The notes below the pieces were generated by a model, which was not told where the DNA came from, did not search any database, and saw only the letters and a program-made list of their open reading frames with translations. DNA of 64,000 nt from an uncultured Actinomycetota bacterium (GTDB taxonomy: Bacteria; Actinomycetota; Actinomycetes; JAFAQI01). Location: positions 64,001-128,000 of the forward strand of contig CAVYQE010000011.1 of assembly GCA_963770565.1 (NCBI GenBank), written 5' to 3'. Positions 10,339-21,171 of the stretch are shown here, piece after piece (within the stretch, counting starts at the first letter, position 1; each line of letters begins with the position of its first letter). A program made the translations under genes and the position numbers.

Positions 10339-12878
10339 GTCATCGCCGCCCGGGACACGTTAGGGGCCGGCTGCGCGGGGTGCGCGGCGCGAAGCTGGAC
10401 GATCATGGTCAGGCCGCCGCCCGGTGTCTCCTCCGGAATCAGCTCCCCGCCCATGGCCTCGGTGAGACCACGGGAGAGCGCAAGTCCGAGGCCGGTTCCG
10501 GTCGTGTTGTCCGTGTCGCCGAGACGCTGGAATGGCGTGAACATCCGCTCGCGGTCCTCGGCATCGATACCGGGACCGCGGTCGACGATCCGGAGCTGGA
10601 CCCAGCCCGAGTGGGCGCTGGCCGCGAGTAGCGGCGGAGCGTCCGCGGGCGAGAAGCGCACCGCGTTCGCCGTCACGTTCGCGATCACTCGCTCGAGGAG
10701 GGCGGGATCGGCCAGCACCTCGGGCAGTGTCTCAGGGATGTCGACGACGACCCGGGCCCCATCGTGACCGAGCGCGTCGAGGGCGAGCGGGATCACCTCG
10801 TCGAGCCGGGTCGGCGCATTCAGCACGCTCAGTGCCCCGGCCTGGAGCCGGCTCATGTCGAGCAGGTTCTCGACCAGGCGGCTCAACCGCTCCAGCGACT
10901 CGCGCGCGGTCGCGAGCAGCTCGTCGCGCTCCTCCTCGCCCCAGTCGATGTCGGTGTTGCTCAGGCTGTCGACCGCGGCGGTCGCCGAAGCGAGCGGCGA
11001 GCGCAGGTCGTGACTGACTGCCGCGAGAAGCGCCGTCCGCAACCGGTCGGCCTCGGCGAGCGGCTTCGCGGCGGCGGCTGCCTCGGCCAGCTCCCGCTGC
11101 GCCAGCACGGTACCGGCCTGGATCCCGAAGACGGCGATCAGCCGCTGGTCGGCCGCCTGCATCGAGGGGCCGCGGACGACGAGGACGTGCTCGTCGCCGG
11201 CCGGCACCTGCGTGTCACCTTCGGACGGGTGGTCGCAGATCGGCGCTCCAACCGAGTCCACGACCGTCCAGCGGTCACCGCCGTCCTCGGAGTGCGCGAA
11301 CAGGGTCACCGACGACAATGAAAGCGCCTCCTGGAGGCGTTCGAGCAGCGCGTGCAAGGCGTTCTCGCCGCGCAGCACGCTTCCGGCGACCGTCGCGAGG
11401 ACCCGCGACTCGGCCTGCGCGCGGGCGGCCTGCCGGGTCCGGCGAGCCGCGAGGTCCACGATGCTGCTCACCGCGGCGGCCACGACGACGAATGCGACGA
11501 GCGCGATCACGTTGTCGTGTGTGGCCACGGTGAAGCGGTGGATCGGTGGGGTGAAGTAGAAGTTGAGCAACAGGCTCGCCGCGATGGCGGCCACGAGGCC
11601 CGGATAGGCGCCGCCGACCACGGAGACGCCGACCACGATCAGCAGGTATCCCAGCAGGTCGGTGGTCAGGTTGAAGTCGGGGCGCACGTTGCAGAGCACC
11701 AGGGTGAGCAACGGCAGGGTGATCGCCGCGATCACGCCGCCGAGGATGCGCCGGCGCAGGGTCAGGCCGCCGGTCATCGCCGGCAACGCGCGACCGCGGC
11801 CCATCTCCTCGTGGGTGATGATGTGTACGTCGATGTCGCCGGAGAGCCGAATGGTGCCGACTCCGATGCCGGCGCCGGTCAGCATCCGCGACAGGCCTGA
11901 GCGCCGCGACGCGCCGAGGACCAGTTGCGTCGCGTTCTGGCCACGGGCGAACTCGATCAGCGATGCGGAGATGTCGTCGCCGACGACCTCGTGATACGTC
12001 CCTCCGAGGGACTCGACCAGCTCCCGCTGGCGGCCGAGCGCGGCGGGGTTCGCGCCGCTCAGCCCGTCCACCTTGCTCACGTGGACGGCGAGCAGAGCAG
12101 CACCGCCGCGCGCCGCGATCCGGCCGGCCCGCCGGATCAGCGTGTCGCCCTCAGGCCCGCCGGTCAGCGCGACGACGACGCGCTCGCGGGTCTCCCAGGT
12201 GTCGTCGATGTCGTGCTCGCGGCGGTACTGCGTGAGAGCGTCGTCGACCTTGTCGGCCAGCCAGAGCAGGGCGAGCTCGCGGAGCGCGGTCAGGTTGCCG
12301 ACCCGGAAGTAGTTGCCGAGGGCGGCATCGACCTTGTCAGGGGCGTAGATGTTGCCGTGCGCCATCCGCCGGCGAAGTGCCTCCGGGGTGATGTCGACCA
12401 GCTCGACCTGCTCAGCCGCGCGCACCACGGAGTCCGGTACCGTCTCCTGCTGGCGGATCCCGGTGATCTTCTCGACGACATCGTTCACCGACTCGAGATG
12501 CTGGATGTTGACCGTGGACAACACCGTGATGCCGGCGTCGAGCAGCTCGTTGATGTCCTGCCAGCGCTTCTCGTTGCGCGAGCCCGGGATGTTTGTGTGC
12601 GCGAGCTCGTCGACACACACGACCTCAGGCTCGCGCGCCAGCACGGCGTCGAGGTCCATCTCCTCGAACTCGCTGCCGCGATAGGTGATCCGCCGGCGGG
12701 GGATGACCGGCAGATCACCTATCTTGGCGAGCGTCTTCAGCCGGCCATGGGTCTCGACCAGGCCGACCACGACATCGGTGCCGCGGTCCTTGCGCCGGTG
12801 CGCCTCGTCGAGCATGGCGAAGGTCTTGCCGACGCCCGGCGCGGCGCCGAGATAGATCCGCAGCGTCCCTCGTGCCAT
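10335..12878 (-). CDS. kdpD: Sensor histidine kinase KdpD
   Basis: LRIYLGAAPGVGKT, DELAHTN, Usp domain, 4 TM helices, SHDLRSP H-box, GTGLGL. Confidence 0.97.
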   Translation of the reverse strand: MARGTLRIYLGAAPGVGKTFAMLDEAHRRKDRGTDVVVGLVETHGRLKTLAKIGDLPVIPRRRITYRGSEFEEMDLDAVLAREPEVVCVDELAHTNIPGSRNEKRWQDINELLDAGITVLSTVNIQHLESVNDVVEKITGIRQQETVPDSVVRAAEQVELVDITPEALRRRMAHGNIYAPDKVDAALGNYFRVGNLTALRELALLWLADKVDDALTQYRREHDIDDTWETRERVVVALTGGPEGDTLIRRAGRIAARGGAALLAVHVSKVDGLSGANPAALGRQRELVESLGGTYHEVVGDDISASLIEFARGQNATQLVLGASRRSGLSRMLTGAGIGVGTIRLSGDIDVHIITHEEMGRGRALPAMTGGLTLRRRILGGVIAAITLPLLTLVLCNVRPDFNLTTDLLGYLLIVVGVSVVGGAYPGLVAAIAASLLLNFYFTPPIHRFTVATHDNVIALVAFVVVAAAVSSIVDLAARRTRQAARAQAESRVLATVAGSVLRGENALHALLERLQEALSLSSVTLFAHSEDGGDRWTVVDSVGAPICDHPSEGDTQVPAGDEHVLVVRGPSMQAADQRLIAVFGIQAGTVLAQRELAEAAAAAKPLAEADRLRTALLAAVSHDLRSPLASATAAVDSLSNTDIDWGEEERDELLATARESLERLSRLVENLLDMSRLQAGALSVLNAPTRLDEVIPLALDALGHDGARVVVDIPETLPEVLADPALLERVIANVTANAVRFSPADAPPLLAASAHSGWVQLRIVDRGPGIDAEDRERMFTPFQRLGDTDNTTGTGLGLALSRGLTEAMGGELIPEETPGGGLTMIVQLRAAHPAQPAPNVSRAAMT

Positions 12879-12899
12879 GTCGCCCCTGGTCTACGTCGT

Positions 12900-13799
12900 C
12901 TACTGGCCGCTCAGCCGGTCGAGGGCCAGGTTGAGCTGGAGCACGTTGACCGCCGGATCGCCGATGAATCCCAGTGTCCGGTCAGAAGTGTATTTCTTGA
13001 CCAGGCTCGTCACCTGCGACAGCGGCAGGTTGCGCACCTTCGCCACTCGTGGTGCCTGCAGGTCGGCGTAAGCGACGGAGATGTCCGGGTCGAGACCCGA
13101 ACCGCTCGCCGTGACCGCGTCCGGCGGCACCGGGTTGTTCGGCCAGGCCTTGCCGGGCCCGTGGATCGGGACGATCTTCCCGACCGCAATGTCCTCGCCG
13201 TAGGTGGCGCAGGTCACGGCCACGCCGTCGTAGGTGGAGATGAACGGCTTTGCCGGGCAGGCCTGGTTGACGCTGACGACCTTGACCACCTTGCCGGTCA
13301 CGCCGTGGCTGCGGATGACCGACAGTACGGCGCCCACGCCACCGGTCGTGCAGTAGGGCCGCAGGCCGTTGACCCCGTTGAACTGACCTACCTCCAGGCT
13401 GCGGGTGCAGACCTGGGTCAGCAGGCTCTGCTTGCCGGTGTCGCCCTTCACCGCCGGGTTCGGCAGCGTGTCGATGATGTTCTCGGGCCCCAGGTTGGAG
13501 GCGGAGGTCGCGGTCGGGTCGTAGCCGTCGCCCGCGTCGGACGGCCGGCTCTGGAAGTACTTCGCGATCGGGTTGCCCTTGGCGTCGGTGAAGGCCTGGC
13601 CGATGACCGCGGAGCCGACGACCTTGCCGTCGAGGTGGATCAGCGATCCGTCCGCGCGGTGCTGGAGACCGGGGATCTGCGCCACCAGCGTGACGACCAG
13701 CGGGTAGCCGATGCCGAGCACGACGGTGAACACGACCAGCAGCCGTAGCGCCGCCAAGTGCTGACGGACCCAGCCGGGAAGACGCGACATCACACTCAC
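12900..13799 (-). CDS. kdpC: Potassium-transporting ATPase subunit C (long form)
   Basis: [40 protein letters not shown]. Confidence 0.93.
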   Translation of the reverse strand: MSVMSRLPGWVRQHLAALRLLVVFTVVLGIGYPLVVTLVAQIPGLQHRADGSLIHLDGKVVGSAVIGQAFTDAKGNPIAKYFQSRPSDAGDGYDPTATSASNLGPENIIDTLPNPAVKGDTGKQSLLTQVCTRSLEVGQFNGVNGLRPYCTTGGVGAVLSVIRSHGVTGKVVKVVSVNQACPAKPFISTYDGVAVTCATYGEDIAVGKIVPIHGPGKAWPNNPVPPDAVTASGSGLDPDISVAYADLQAPRVAKVRNLPLSQVTSLVKKYTSDRTLGFIGDPAVNVLQLNLALDRLSGQ

Positions 13800-15964
13800 C
13801 TGATTCCGGGGATGAACTGGACCACGAGGTCGATCAGCTTGATGCCGAGGAACGGCACGATCAGGCCGCCGACGCCGTAGATGTAGAGGTTGCGGCGCAG
13901 CATCTGCGACGCACTGCTCGGGCGGTAGCGCACGCCGCGCAGCGCCAACGGGATCAGCGCGACGATGACGAGTGCGTTGAAGATGACGGCGGACAGAATC
14001 GCCGACTCCGGCGAGTGCAGCGCCATGATGTTGAGCTTGTGCAGGCCGGGGTAGACCGCGGCGAACATCGCCGGGATGATCGCGAAGAACTTCGCGACGT
14101 CGTTGGCGATCGAGAACGTCGTGAGCGCACCCCGGGTGATCAGCAACTGCTTGCCGATCTCCACGATCTCGATGAGCTTCGTCGGGTTCGAGTCGAGGTC
14201 GACCATGTTGCCGGCCTCTTTGGCCGCCGACGTCCCGGTGTTCATCGCGACGCCGACGTCGGCCTGAGCGAGCGCGGGCGCGTCGTTCGTGCCGTCACCC
14301 GTCATCGCGACCAGCTTGCCGCCGGTCTGCTCGCTGCGGATCAGGGCCATCTTGTCCTCGGGCGTGGCCTCGGCGAGGAAGTCGTCCACGCCGGCCTCGT
14401 CCGCGATCGCCCGTGCGGTCAGCGGGTTGTCGCCGGTGATCATGACAGTGCGAATGCCCATCGCACGCAGCTCGTCGAAGCGCTCGCGCATTCCCTGCTT
14501 GACGATGTCCTTGAGGTGGATCACGCCCAGCGCCCGCGCGCCGGACGGGCCGCTCTCGGCCACCACCAGCGGTGTGCCACCGGCGCTCGAGATGCCGTCG
14601 ACGACCTCGCCCAGCTCGGCCGGAACGGAGCCGCCGTGCTCGCGCACCCAGTCCTGGACCGAGGCGGAGGCACCCTTGCGGATCTCGCGGGTGCCGCCGG
14701 ATTCGGCGAGGTCGACGCCGCTCATCCGGGTCTGCGCGGTGAAGCCGACGAACGTCGCGTGGGTGAGCTCGCCCTGCTGGCGTTCCCGCAGCCCGTACTG
14801 CGTCTTGGCAAGGACGACGACCGAGCGGCCCTCGGGGGTTTCGTCGGAGAGGCTGGACAGCTGCGCGGCGTCGGCCAGGGCTTGCTCGGTGACACCGCCG
14901 ACCGGGATCAGCTCCGCGGCTTCGCGGTTGCCGATCGTGATCGTGCCGGTCTTGTCGAGCAGCAGCGTGTTGACGTCGCCGGCCGCCTCGACCGCACGTC
15001 CCGACATCGCCAGTACGTTGCGCTGGACGAGTCGATCCATGCCGGCGATGCCGATCGCCGAGAGCAGGGCGCCGATCGTGGTCGGGATCAGGCAGACCAG
15101 GAGGGAAACCAAGACGATGCCGGTGACGCCATGCCCGTTCAGCGCGAGGGAGTTCGCGACGCCCGGCTGCTGGGCCTTGGCGAAGATCGCGAACGGCTGC
15201 AGGGTGGCGACCGCGAGCAGGAAGATGATGGTCAGCGACGCGAGCAGGATGTTCAGCGCGATCTCGTTCGGCGTCTTCTGCCGTGACGCGCCTTCGACCA
15301 GCGCGATCATCCGGTCGATGAAGCTCTCGCCCGGCCGCTGGGTGATCTCGACGACAATCCGGTCGGACAGCACCCGGGTGCCACCGGTGACGGAGCTGCG
15401 GTCACCGCCGGACTCCCGGATGACCGGTGCCGACTCGCCGGTGATCGCCGACTCGTCGACGCTGGCGATGCCTTCGACGACGTCACCGTCTCCGGGCACG
15501 AACTGGCCGGCCTCGACCACGACGTACTGCCCTTGCTGGAGCGCGGTCGCCGCGACCTCCTGCTCACGCAGGCTGGCTGGGTCGGCGCCGGGCGTCCAGT
15601 TCTCGAGCAGCCGGGCCATGGTGGTGGTCTTCGCCCGGCGCAGGGTTTCGGCCTGAGCCTTGCCGCGGCCTTCGGCAACCGCTTCCGCGAGGTTCGCGAA
15701 GAGCACGGTCAGCCACAGCCAGATCGTGGTGATGATCGCGAACGACGTGTGGTCGCGGATCGCCAGCCAGGTAGTCCAGACCGATCCGATCTCGACGATG
15801 AACATGACCGGGTTCTTGTAGAGCGTGGCCGGGTTGAGCTTGCGGAACGCGCCGGGTGTCGAGGTCCACAGCATCTTCGGGTCGAGCAGACCACCCTGGA
15901 CCCGCCGCGGGCCGTCATCGTGCGGAGCGCGCGGTGCAGGTGCGTCAAACGTTGCGGCAGTCAT
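13796..15964 (-). CDS. kdpB: Potassium-transporting ATPase subunit B
   Basis: DKTGTIT phosphorylation site, [24 protein letters not shown]. Confidence 0.98.
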   Translation of the reverse strand: MTAATFDAPAPRAPHDDGPRRVQGGLLDPKMLWTSTPGAFRKLNPATLYKNPVMFIVEIGSVWTTWLAIRDHTSFAIITTIWLWLTVLFANLAEAVAEGRGKAQAETLRRAKTTTMARLLENWTPGADPASLREQEVAATALQQGQYVVVEAGQFVPGDGDVVEGIASVDESAITGESAPVIRESGGDRSSVTGGTRVLSDRIVVEITQRPGESFIDRMIALVEGASRQKTPNEIALNILLASLTIIFLLAVATLQPFAIFAKAQQPGVANSLALNGHGVTGIVLVSLLVCLIPTTIGALLSAIGIAGMDRLVQRNVLAMSGRAVEAAGDVNTLLLDKTGTITIGNREAAELIPVGGVTEQALADAAQLSSLSDETPEGRSVVVLAKTQYGLRERQQGELTHATFVGFTAQTRMSGVDLAESGGTREIRKGASASVQDWVREHGGSVPAELGEVVDGISSAGGTPLVVAESGPSGARALGVIHLKDIVKQGMRERFDELRAMGIRTVMITGDNPLTARAIADEAGVDDFLAEATPEDKMALIRSEQTGGKLVAMTGDGTNDAPALAQADVGVAMNTGTSAAKEAGNMVDLDSNPTKLIEIVEIGKQLLITRGALTTFSIANDVAKFFAIIPAMFAAVYPGLHKLNIMALHSPESAILSAVIFNALVIVALIPLALRGVRYRPSSASQMLRRNLYIYGVGGLIVPFLGIKLIDLVVQFIPGIR

Positions 15965-15965
15965 T

Positions 15966-17627
15966 TCAGTGCAAGCCTTCCGCGAGCGGCCCTAGTGCAA
16001 GGGCCGGCAGGTAGGTGAGGGCGACGACGATCAGCGCGACACCGGTCACCATCGCGATGAACTGCGTGCGGTGGGTCGGCAGGGTGCCTTCGGAGATCGG
16101 AACCTCTTGCTGTTTGGCGAGCGAGCCACCCAGCCCGAGGATGAACACCATCGGGATGAACCGCGCACCGAGCATGGTCAGTCCGAGCGCGGTGTTGTAC
16201 CAGGCGGTGTTGACGTCGATGCCCGCGAAAGCGGACCCGTTGTTGTTCGCCGCCGAGGTGAAGGCGTAGAGCACTTCGGAGAAGCCGTGCGCGCCGTAGT
16301 TGAGCATGTCGGCCCGTTCGCCGGGTAACGCCATCGCGAGCCCGGCTCCCACCAGCACGAACGTCGGTGTGGTCAGGAAGTACAGCGAGGCGAACTTCAT
16401 CTCGCGGGCGCCGATTTTCTTCTTGATGTACTCCGGTGTTCGCCCGACCATCAGCCCAGCGACGAAGACGGTGATGATGGCGAGGACGAGAATGCCGTAG
16501 AGCCCCGACCCGGTGCCGCCGGGTGCGATCTCACCGAGCTGCATGTCGAGCAAGGTGATTGCGCCACCGACGCTGGTGTAGGAGTCGTGGAAGGAGTCCA
16601 CCGCACCGGTCGAGGTGAGGGTCGTCGATGACGCGAAGGTGGCCGAGTCGGGGATCCCGAACCGGACCTCGGTGCCTTCGGCGGACGCACCGACCGAGGT
16701 CGGAACCGTGCCGTGGTGGATGTTCTGGAAGACGTTCATCCCGACCACGCTGGAGATCCACAGGACCGCCATCACGGCGACGATCGCGTAGCCCTGCCGG
16801 TTGTCCTTCACCATCCGGCCGAACGTGCGGGGCAGCGAGAAGCCGATGACGAGCAAGGCGTAGATCTCTAGCCAGTTCGTCCACGCAGTCGGGTTCTCGA
16901 ACGGGTGCGAGGAGTTCGCGTTGTAGAAGCCGCCGCCGTTAGTGCCGAGCTCCTTGATGGCCTCCTGGCTCGCGACCGGGCCGCCGGTGAGCGTCTGCTT
17001 GCCACCCGTGAGCGTTGAGTAGGTGTGCAGCACGTGGAAGTTCTCGATCGCGCCACCGGCGATCAGCACGATCGCGATGACGAAGGACATCGGCAGCAGG
17101 ATCCGCACGCAGGTGCGGACCAGGTCGACCCAGAAGTTGCCGAGCTGGTCGGTCTTCTGCCGCGCGATGCCGCGGACCAGCGCGATCGCGACCACGATGC
17201 CGACCGCGGCCGAGACGAAGTTCTGCACCGCGAGGCCGGCCATCTGCGCGGTGTATCCGAGCGAGGACTCACCGGAGTACGACTGCCAGTTGGTGTTGGT
17301 CGTAAAGCTGGCAGCGGTGTTGAACGACTGGCTTGCGTGCATGCCGCCGAAGCCGAGGCTGAACGGCAGGTGGTGCTGCGCGCGCAAGATGACGTAGACG
17401 CCCAGGACCGAGATCGCCGAGAAGGCGAGCACGCTACGCAGGTAGGTGCCCCACTTCTGGTCGACGTCCGGGTTGACCCCGGTCGCGCGGTAGATCCAGC
17501 GCTCGACCCGCCAGTGATGGTCGCTCTCGTAGACGCGCGCCATGTAGTTGCCGAGCGGCCGGTACGACGCGGCCAGGGCGATGACCAGGGAGACGATGAA
17601 GACGATCCCCGCCGTCGTCGAGCTCAT
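15966..17627 (-). CDS. kdpA: Potassium-transporting ATPase subunit A
   Basis: [36 protein letters not shown]. Confidence 0.98.
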   Translation of the reverse strand: MSSTTAGIVFIVSLVIALAASYRPLGNYMARVYESDHHWRVERWIYRATGVNPDVDQKWGTYLRSVLAFSAISVLGVYVILRAQHHLPFSLGFGGMHASQSFNTAASFTTNTNWQSYSGESSLGYTAQMAGLAVQNFVSAAVGIVVAIALVRGIARQKTDQLGNFWVDLVRTCVRILLPMSFVIAIVLIAGGAIENFHVLHTYSTLTGGKQTLTGGPVASQEAIKELGTNGGGFYNANSSHPFENPTAWTNWLEIYALLVIGFSLPRTFGRMVKDNRQGYAIVAVMAVLWISSVVGMNVFQNIHHGTVPTSVGASAEGTEVRFGIPDSATFASSTTLTSTGAVDSFHDSYTSVGGAITLLDMQLGEIAPGGTGSGLYGILVLAIITVFVAGLMVGRTPEYIKKKIGAREMKFASLYFLTTPTFVLVGAGLAMALPGERADMLNYGAHGFSEVLYAFTSAANNNGSAFAGIDVNTAWYNTALGLTMLGARFIPMVFILGLGGSLAKQQEVPISEGTLPTHRTQFIAMVTGVALIVVALTYLPALALGPLAEGLH

Positions 17628-17716
17628 CAGAACCTCTCAGGGAACAGCAGGGCGACGACCAGGAAGATGCCGGTCGCGATCGCGAGGATCAGCCCGATCA
17701 GGTTGTCGGCGGTCAT
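17627..17716 (-). CDS. kdpF: Potassium-transporting ATPase subunit F (29 aa)
   Basis: Hand translation [29 protein letters not shown]; PERF terminus; stop overlaps the kdpA ATG; absent from the ORF track. Confidence 0.92.
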   Translation of the reverse strand: MTADNLIGLILAIATGIFLVVALLFPERF

Positions 17717-17796
17717 AGCCGCTCGGCTCCCTTCGCGATCAACGCGATGAGCGCGAACACGGCGACAGTCAGGAGGATGAAGGCAAGATCAGCCAT
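17713..17796 (-). CDS. Small hydrophobic peptide (27 aa) upstream of kdpF
   Basis: Hand translation [27 protein letters not shown]; ATGA overlap with kdpF; AAGACT -10-like element six nt before ATG. Confidence 0.7.
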   Translation of the reverse strand: MADLAFILLTVAVFALIALIAKGAERL

Positions 17797-17837
17797 GCCT
17801 GCAGTCTTGATCAACGGGTCAGGCGGCTCAAGATTCG

Positions 17838-17885
17838 TGACGAGTCCCTGACGCGAAGGCCTGCAATCTCAACGAGATCCTGACG
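17838..17885 (-). promoter_or_regulatory. Putative KdpE-binding direct repeats
   Basis: TGACG/CAACG at 17838, 17849, 17870, 17881 (spacing 11, 21, 11) upstream of the kdp promoter. Confidence 0.55.
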
Positions 17886-17939
17886 GCCCGGGCGTGATCG
17901 ATCACGGCGAGGCCGTGATCGTCCTGCGAGGGAAGAAGT

Positions 17940-19490
17940 TCAGGCGACCTTGAACTGCGCGATCGAAGCCCGCAGCTCCGCGGCGAGGGTGTTCAGTTGC
18001 GAGGCAGCGGCGGCCGACTGCTTACTGCCGACCGCATATTGCCGGGACACGTCGGACACCTGGGTCATCGCGGCCACGACCTGGTCTGATGCCGAGCGCT
18101 GCTGCTGGGTGGCGACCGAGATCTCCTTCGCTGCGGTGGTCGTCTCGTCGACCATGCCGGAGATCCGTTCGAGCGCGTCGACCACGCCGCGGGCCAGGTT
18201 GGAGCCGTGCCGGACGTCCTTCGCGCCTTCCTCGGTGGCGACGATCGTCGCGGTCGTCTCGGACTGGATCTCCGCGACGATCGCCTGGATCTGCCCGGTC
18301 GACTGCTGGGCCCGTTCGGCGAGCTTGCGCACCTCGGCGGCGACGACCGCGAAGCCGCGTCCGCCTTCGCCCGCGCGCGCCGCCTCGATCGCGGCGTTGA
18401 GGGCGAGCAGGTTGGTCTGGTCGGCGAGGTCGTTGATGACGTCGAGGATCCGCCCGATCTCGTGGCCCTTCTCGCCGAGCGATATCGCCCTACCGCCGAT
18501 CTGGTCGACGCGCGCGGCGATGGTGTCCATCGCCTCGACGCTGGCCGAGACCGCCTTGCGGCCGTCCTCGGCATGGCGGAGGGTTTCGGCGGCGTACCTC
18601 GCCACCGCTTCCGAGGTCTCCGCGATCTGCGCGGCCGTTGCCGCCAGCTCCTCGATCGTCGAGGTGGTCTCGGAGACCGCGGATGACTGCTGGGTGGCCG
18701 AGACCGCGTGCTCCTCGGCGGTCGCGAGCAGCTCAACGGCGGCGGCCACGATCTGGTCTCCGCCGCTGCGCACCTGAGCGACCAGGTTGCGCAGGTTGCC
18801 GAGGGTCTCGTCGAAGGCGCCGGTCAGGTGGCCGAGCAGCTCCTCGGTCTGGGAGTCGTTGTCGACTCGGACCGACAGGTCACCTTGGGCTGCCTTGCCC
18901 AGCGCCCGCGACAGGTCGTCGACGGTGTGCTTGAGCTGGACCGCTTCGGTTTCGGTCGTGACCCGCTGCTGTTCGAGCGAGCTGGAGACCGCGCTCCCGA
19001 TCAGCGCCATCAACGGTGAGCAGATGCCGACCAGCAGTAGCGGGCCGGCGCTCTGGCGGCTCAGGTCGTGCGCGATCCAGGTGGCAAGCACCAGGCCGGC
19101 GAACATGAACATCGCCTGGGCGACCGCAATGGTCCGGTTCGGCGCGATCACCGAAGCGCCGGCCGTAGTCAGGAGCATCAGCACCCAGAAGGGTCCGGCC
19201 ACTCCGCCAGTCAACGCCACGACCGCCACGAGGGCGACGAAGTCGACCATGCCCATGGTCAGCAGGTAGGGGATCTCGGCCCAGTCGGCGTTCGCCTTCA
19301 TCCAAGGAACGCCACCCTGCATCACGACCGAGAGCACGCCAACGCCCAGCCAGACATACAGCACGTCCCGGTGCGTGTGGGTCGGCCCATGGCTCACGCT
19401 CGCCATGACGCTGATCGCGATCGCTGCAGCGATCCACTTGCCCAGGCTGGCGATGCTCGCCTCGCGCGAGAGCCGGTTCCACGCGGTCAC
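17940..19490 (-). CDS. Methyl-accepting chemotaxis-type receptor
   Basis: [39 protein letters not shown] signalling hairpin; multi-TM N-terminus; HAMP-like segment. Confidence 0.95.
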   Translation of the reverse strand: MTAWNRLSREASIASLGKWIAAAIAISVMASVSHGPTHTHRDVLYVWLGVGVLSVVMQGGVPWMKANADWAEIPYLLTMGMVDFVALVAVVALTGGVAGPFWVLMLLTTAGASVIAPNRTIAVAQAMFMFAGLVLATWIAHDLSRQSAGPLLLVGICSPLMALIGSAVSSSLEQQRVTTETEAVQLKHTVDDLSRALGKAAQGDLSVRVDNDSQTEELLGHLTGAFDETLGNLRNLVAQVRSGGDQIVAAAVELLATAEEHAVSATQQSSAVSETTSTIEELAATAAQIAETSEAVARYAAETLRHAEDGRKAVSASVEAMDTIAARVDQIGGRAISLGEKGHEIGRILDVINDLADQTNLLALNAAIEAARAGEGGRGFAVVAAEVRKLAERAQQSTGQIQAIVAEIQSETTATIVATEEGAKDVRHGSNLARGVVDALERISGMVDETTTAAKEISVATQQQRSASDQVVAAMTQVSDVSRQYAVGSKQSAAAASQLNTLAAELRASIAQFKVA

Positions 19491-19593
19491 GATTGCCTTT
19501 CCCGAGAGTTGTTGCCTGTTTCCTCCATCGGGTGATTCGGCATTCGGGTGAAGCGGCGCGGGGCAAATGCGCCGAATAGTCGGTAATGGCCTA

Positions 19594-20823
19594 TTACGCC
19601 GAGGGAGTGGGCGACTCGGAACGGCGGGCGGTCAACATCGGCGCCGCCGCGGCCGCCGCGAACATCCACGCCGCGGCGTAGGCGAATCCGGCCGGTGCTG
19701 ACACGGTGGCCCACAGCAGCCCGACCACGGCCGAGGAGGTGAGTGCGCCGACCCCCTGGACGACGCCGAGCAGCCCGAACCCGTTGCTGCGCAGGTGGTC
19801 CGGAAGCAGCGTCGCCACCGCCGCCGACTCGGCCGGCTCGCCGAAGCCGATTCCGGCCCCGGCGACAACAAAGCCGACCAGCAGGACGAGCGGCTGATGC
19901 GGCCCGAGCGCGAACAGCCCGTATCCCGCGACGTACGCCGTTGCCGCGAGGACCATGGCCGAGCGGGGACTGGCGCGATCGATCAGGTGGCCGGCGGCGA
20001 GCGCGGTCCCGGTTGCCGACAAGTTGTGCGCGGCATAGAGCAGGACGGCGAGGCTGGTAGCAGCGGCGAGGCTGCGGCCGTCCCGGTGCATGAGCTCGGT
20101 GGCGCGCAGGATCAGCAGGGTCGGCGCGAGGTTGCCGAACTCGAACAGCGTCGGCGCGGCCAGCACCCGGGTCAGCCCGGCCTGGTGCAGCTCGCCGAGG
20201 TGATAGGAGAGCTGCTTTCGTCCTTTGGCGGTGTTGACCCGGTCGCGGGCCTCGCGGGCCGCCACCGTGATCGCCACCGCGGCCGCAAAACCGGGGATCG
20301 CGGCGACCAGCAGGGTGGGCCGGAGCCCGATCGTCGCCACCAGGAGCGCGGCCAGCAGCGGCCCGCCGACCGCACCGAGGTTGTCGCCGGCCCGCTCGAG
20401 CCCGCTGGCGCGGCCGATCGCGCCGGCCGGCACCAATGAATAGAGCATCGAGTCGCGCGCCGGTGAGCGCAGTCCGCGGCTGATCCACGCGGTTGCTCGC
20501 AGCACCGCTACCTGCCAGACCGCCACGGCCAGCCCGACCGCGCCGGTGGCGAGAGCGGTTCCGACGTACCCGCCGGTGACCAGCCTGCGCCGCCGCGCCG
20601 GATCGGTCGCGAGCGGGCCGCCGACCAGCTTCGCGACGCCGACCAGCGCATCTGCGACGCCTTCGATGACGCCGAGCGCGCCCGGCCCGGCGTGCAGGGT
20701 CGACGTGACGAAGCTCGGCAGCACGCTGGTGGTCATCTCGTGGCCGAGATCGGAGAACATGCTGGCCGCGCTGATGCTGGCGACGCCCGGGGTGAGCCAG
20801 CGATCCGCTTCGCTCTCGCTCAC
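19594..20823 (-). CDS. MFS transporter
   Basis: About 12 TM helices; [34 protein letters not shown]; GTG 20823 preceded by TAGGGT -10. Confidence 0.88.
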   Translation of the reverse strand: MSESEADRWLTPGVASISAASMFSDLGHEMTTSVLPSFVTSTLHAGPGALGVIEGVADALVGVAKLVGGPLATDPARRRRLVTGGYVGTALATGAVGLAVAVWQVAVLRATAWISRGLRSPARDSMLYSLVPAGAIGRASGLERAGDNLGAVGGPLLAALLVATIGLRPTLLVAAIPGFAAAVAITVAAREARDRVNTAKGRKQLSYHLGELHQAGLTRVLAAPTLFEFGNLAPTLLILRATELMHRDGRSLAAATSLAVLLYAAHNLSATGTALAAGHLIDRASPRSAMVLAATAYVAGYGLFALGPHQPLVLLVGFVVAGAGIGFGEPAESAAVATLLPDHLRSNGFGLLGVVQGVGALTSSAVVGLLWATVSAPAGFAYAAAWMFAAAAAAPMLTARRSESPTPSA

Positions 20824-20851
20824 CGAGTCGACCCTAGGGCACACTGGACTC

Positions 20852-21073
20852 ATGCGCGACGACTCGAACGACCTGGCGGACATCATTTCCCTCGACGCCC
20901 GTCGAGACGAGGGTCGCCGCGACCGCGACGGGGTCGACTCGCTGCGCGACACCGAGGCCGAGTCCGGTGACGAGGACGAGGTCAACGACCGTTACGACCT
21001 GGACCGGCTCGAGGCCCAGGAGCTCGGCGTGGCGCTCGACCGCACCGACGGCGAGACGCCGCGCCTCGACTGA
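20852..21073 (+). CDS. Small acidic hypothetical protein (73 aa)
   Basis: MRDDSNDLADIISLDARRDEG...RLD; GC3-rich codons; divergent from the MFS gene. Confidence 0.6.
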   Translation: MRDDSNDLADIISLDARRDEGRRDRDGVDSLRDTEAESGDEDEVNDRYDLDRLEAQELGVALDRTDGETPRLD

Positions 21074-21082
21074 CCGGCTGGT

Positions 21083-21167
21083 CCAAGCAATGTCACATTG
21101 CCCCGCACTTCGTGGGGGCAATGTCACAGCACCCCCAGGATGACCCAGGCAATGTGACATTGCTTGG
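21083..21167. repeat. REP/MITE-like palindromic element with perfect 20-bp inverted arms
   Basis: CCAAGCAATGTCACATTGCC (21083-21102) / GGCAATGTGACATTGCTTGG (21148-21167); partial third copy GGCAATGTCACA inside. Confidence 0.75.
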
Positions 21168-21171
21168 CTAG

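Noticed and set aside
11925-15656. Long plus-strand ORFs (607, 423 and 455 aa) opposite the kdp genes
   Set aside because: Shadow frames typical of high-GC DNA; the minus-strand genes carry clear family motifs
21083-21167. CRISPR array
   Set aside because: Repeats are inverted, not regularly spaced direct repeats; no cas genes
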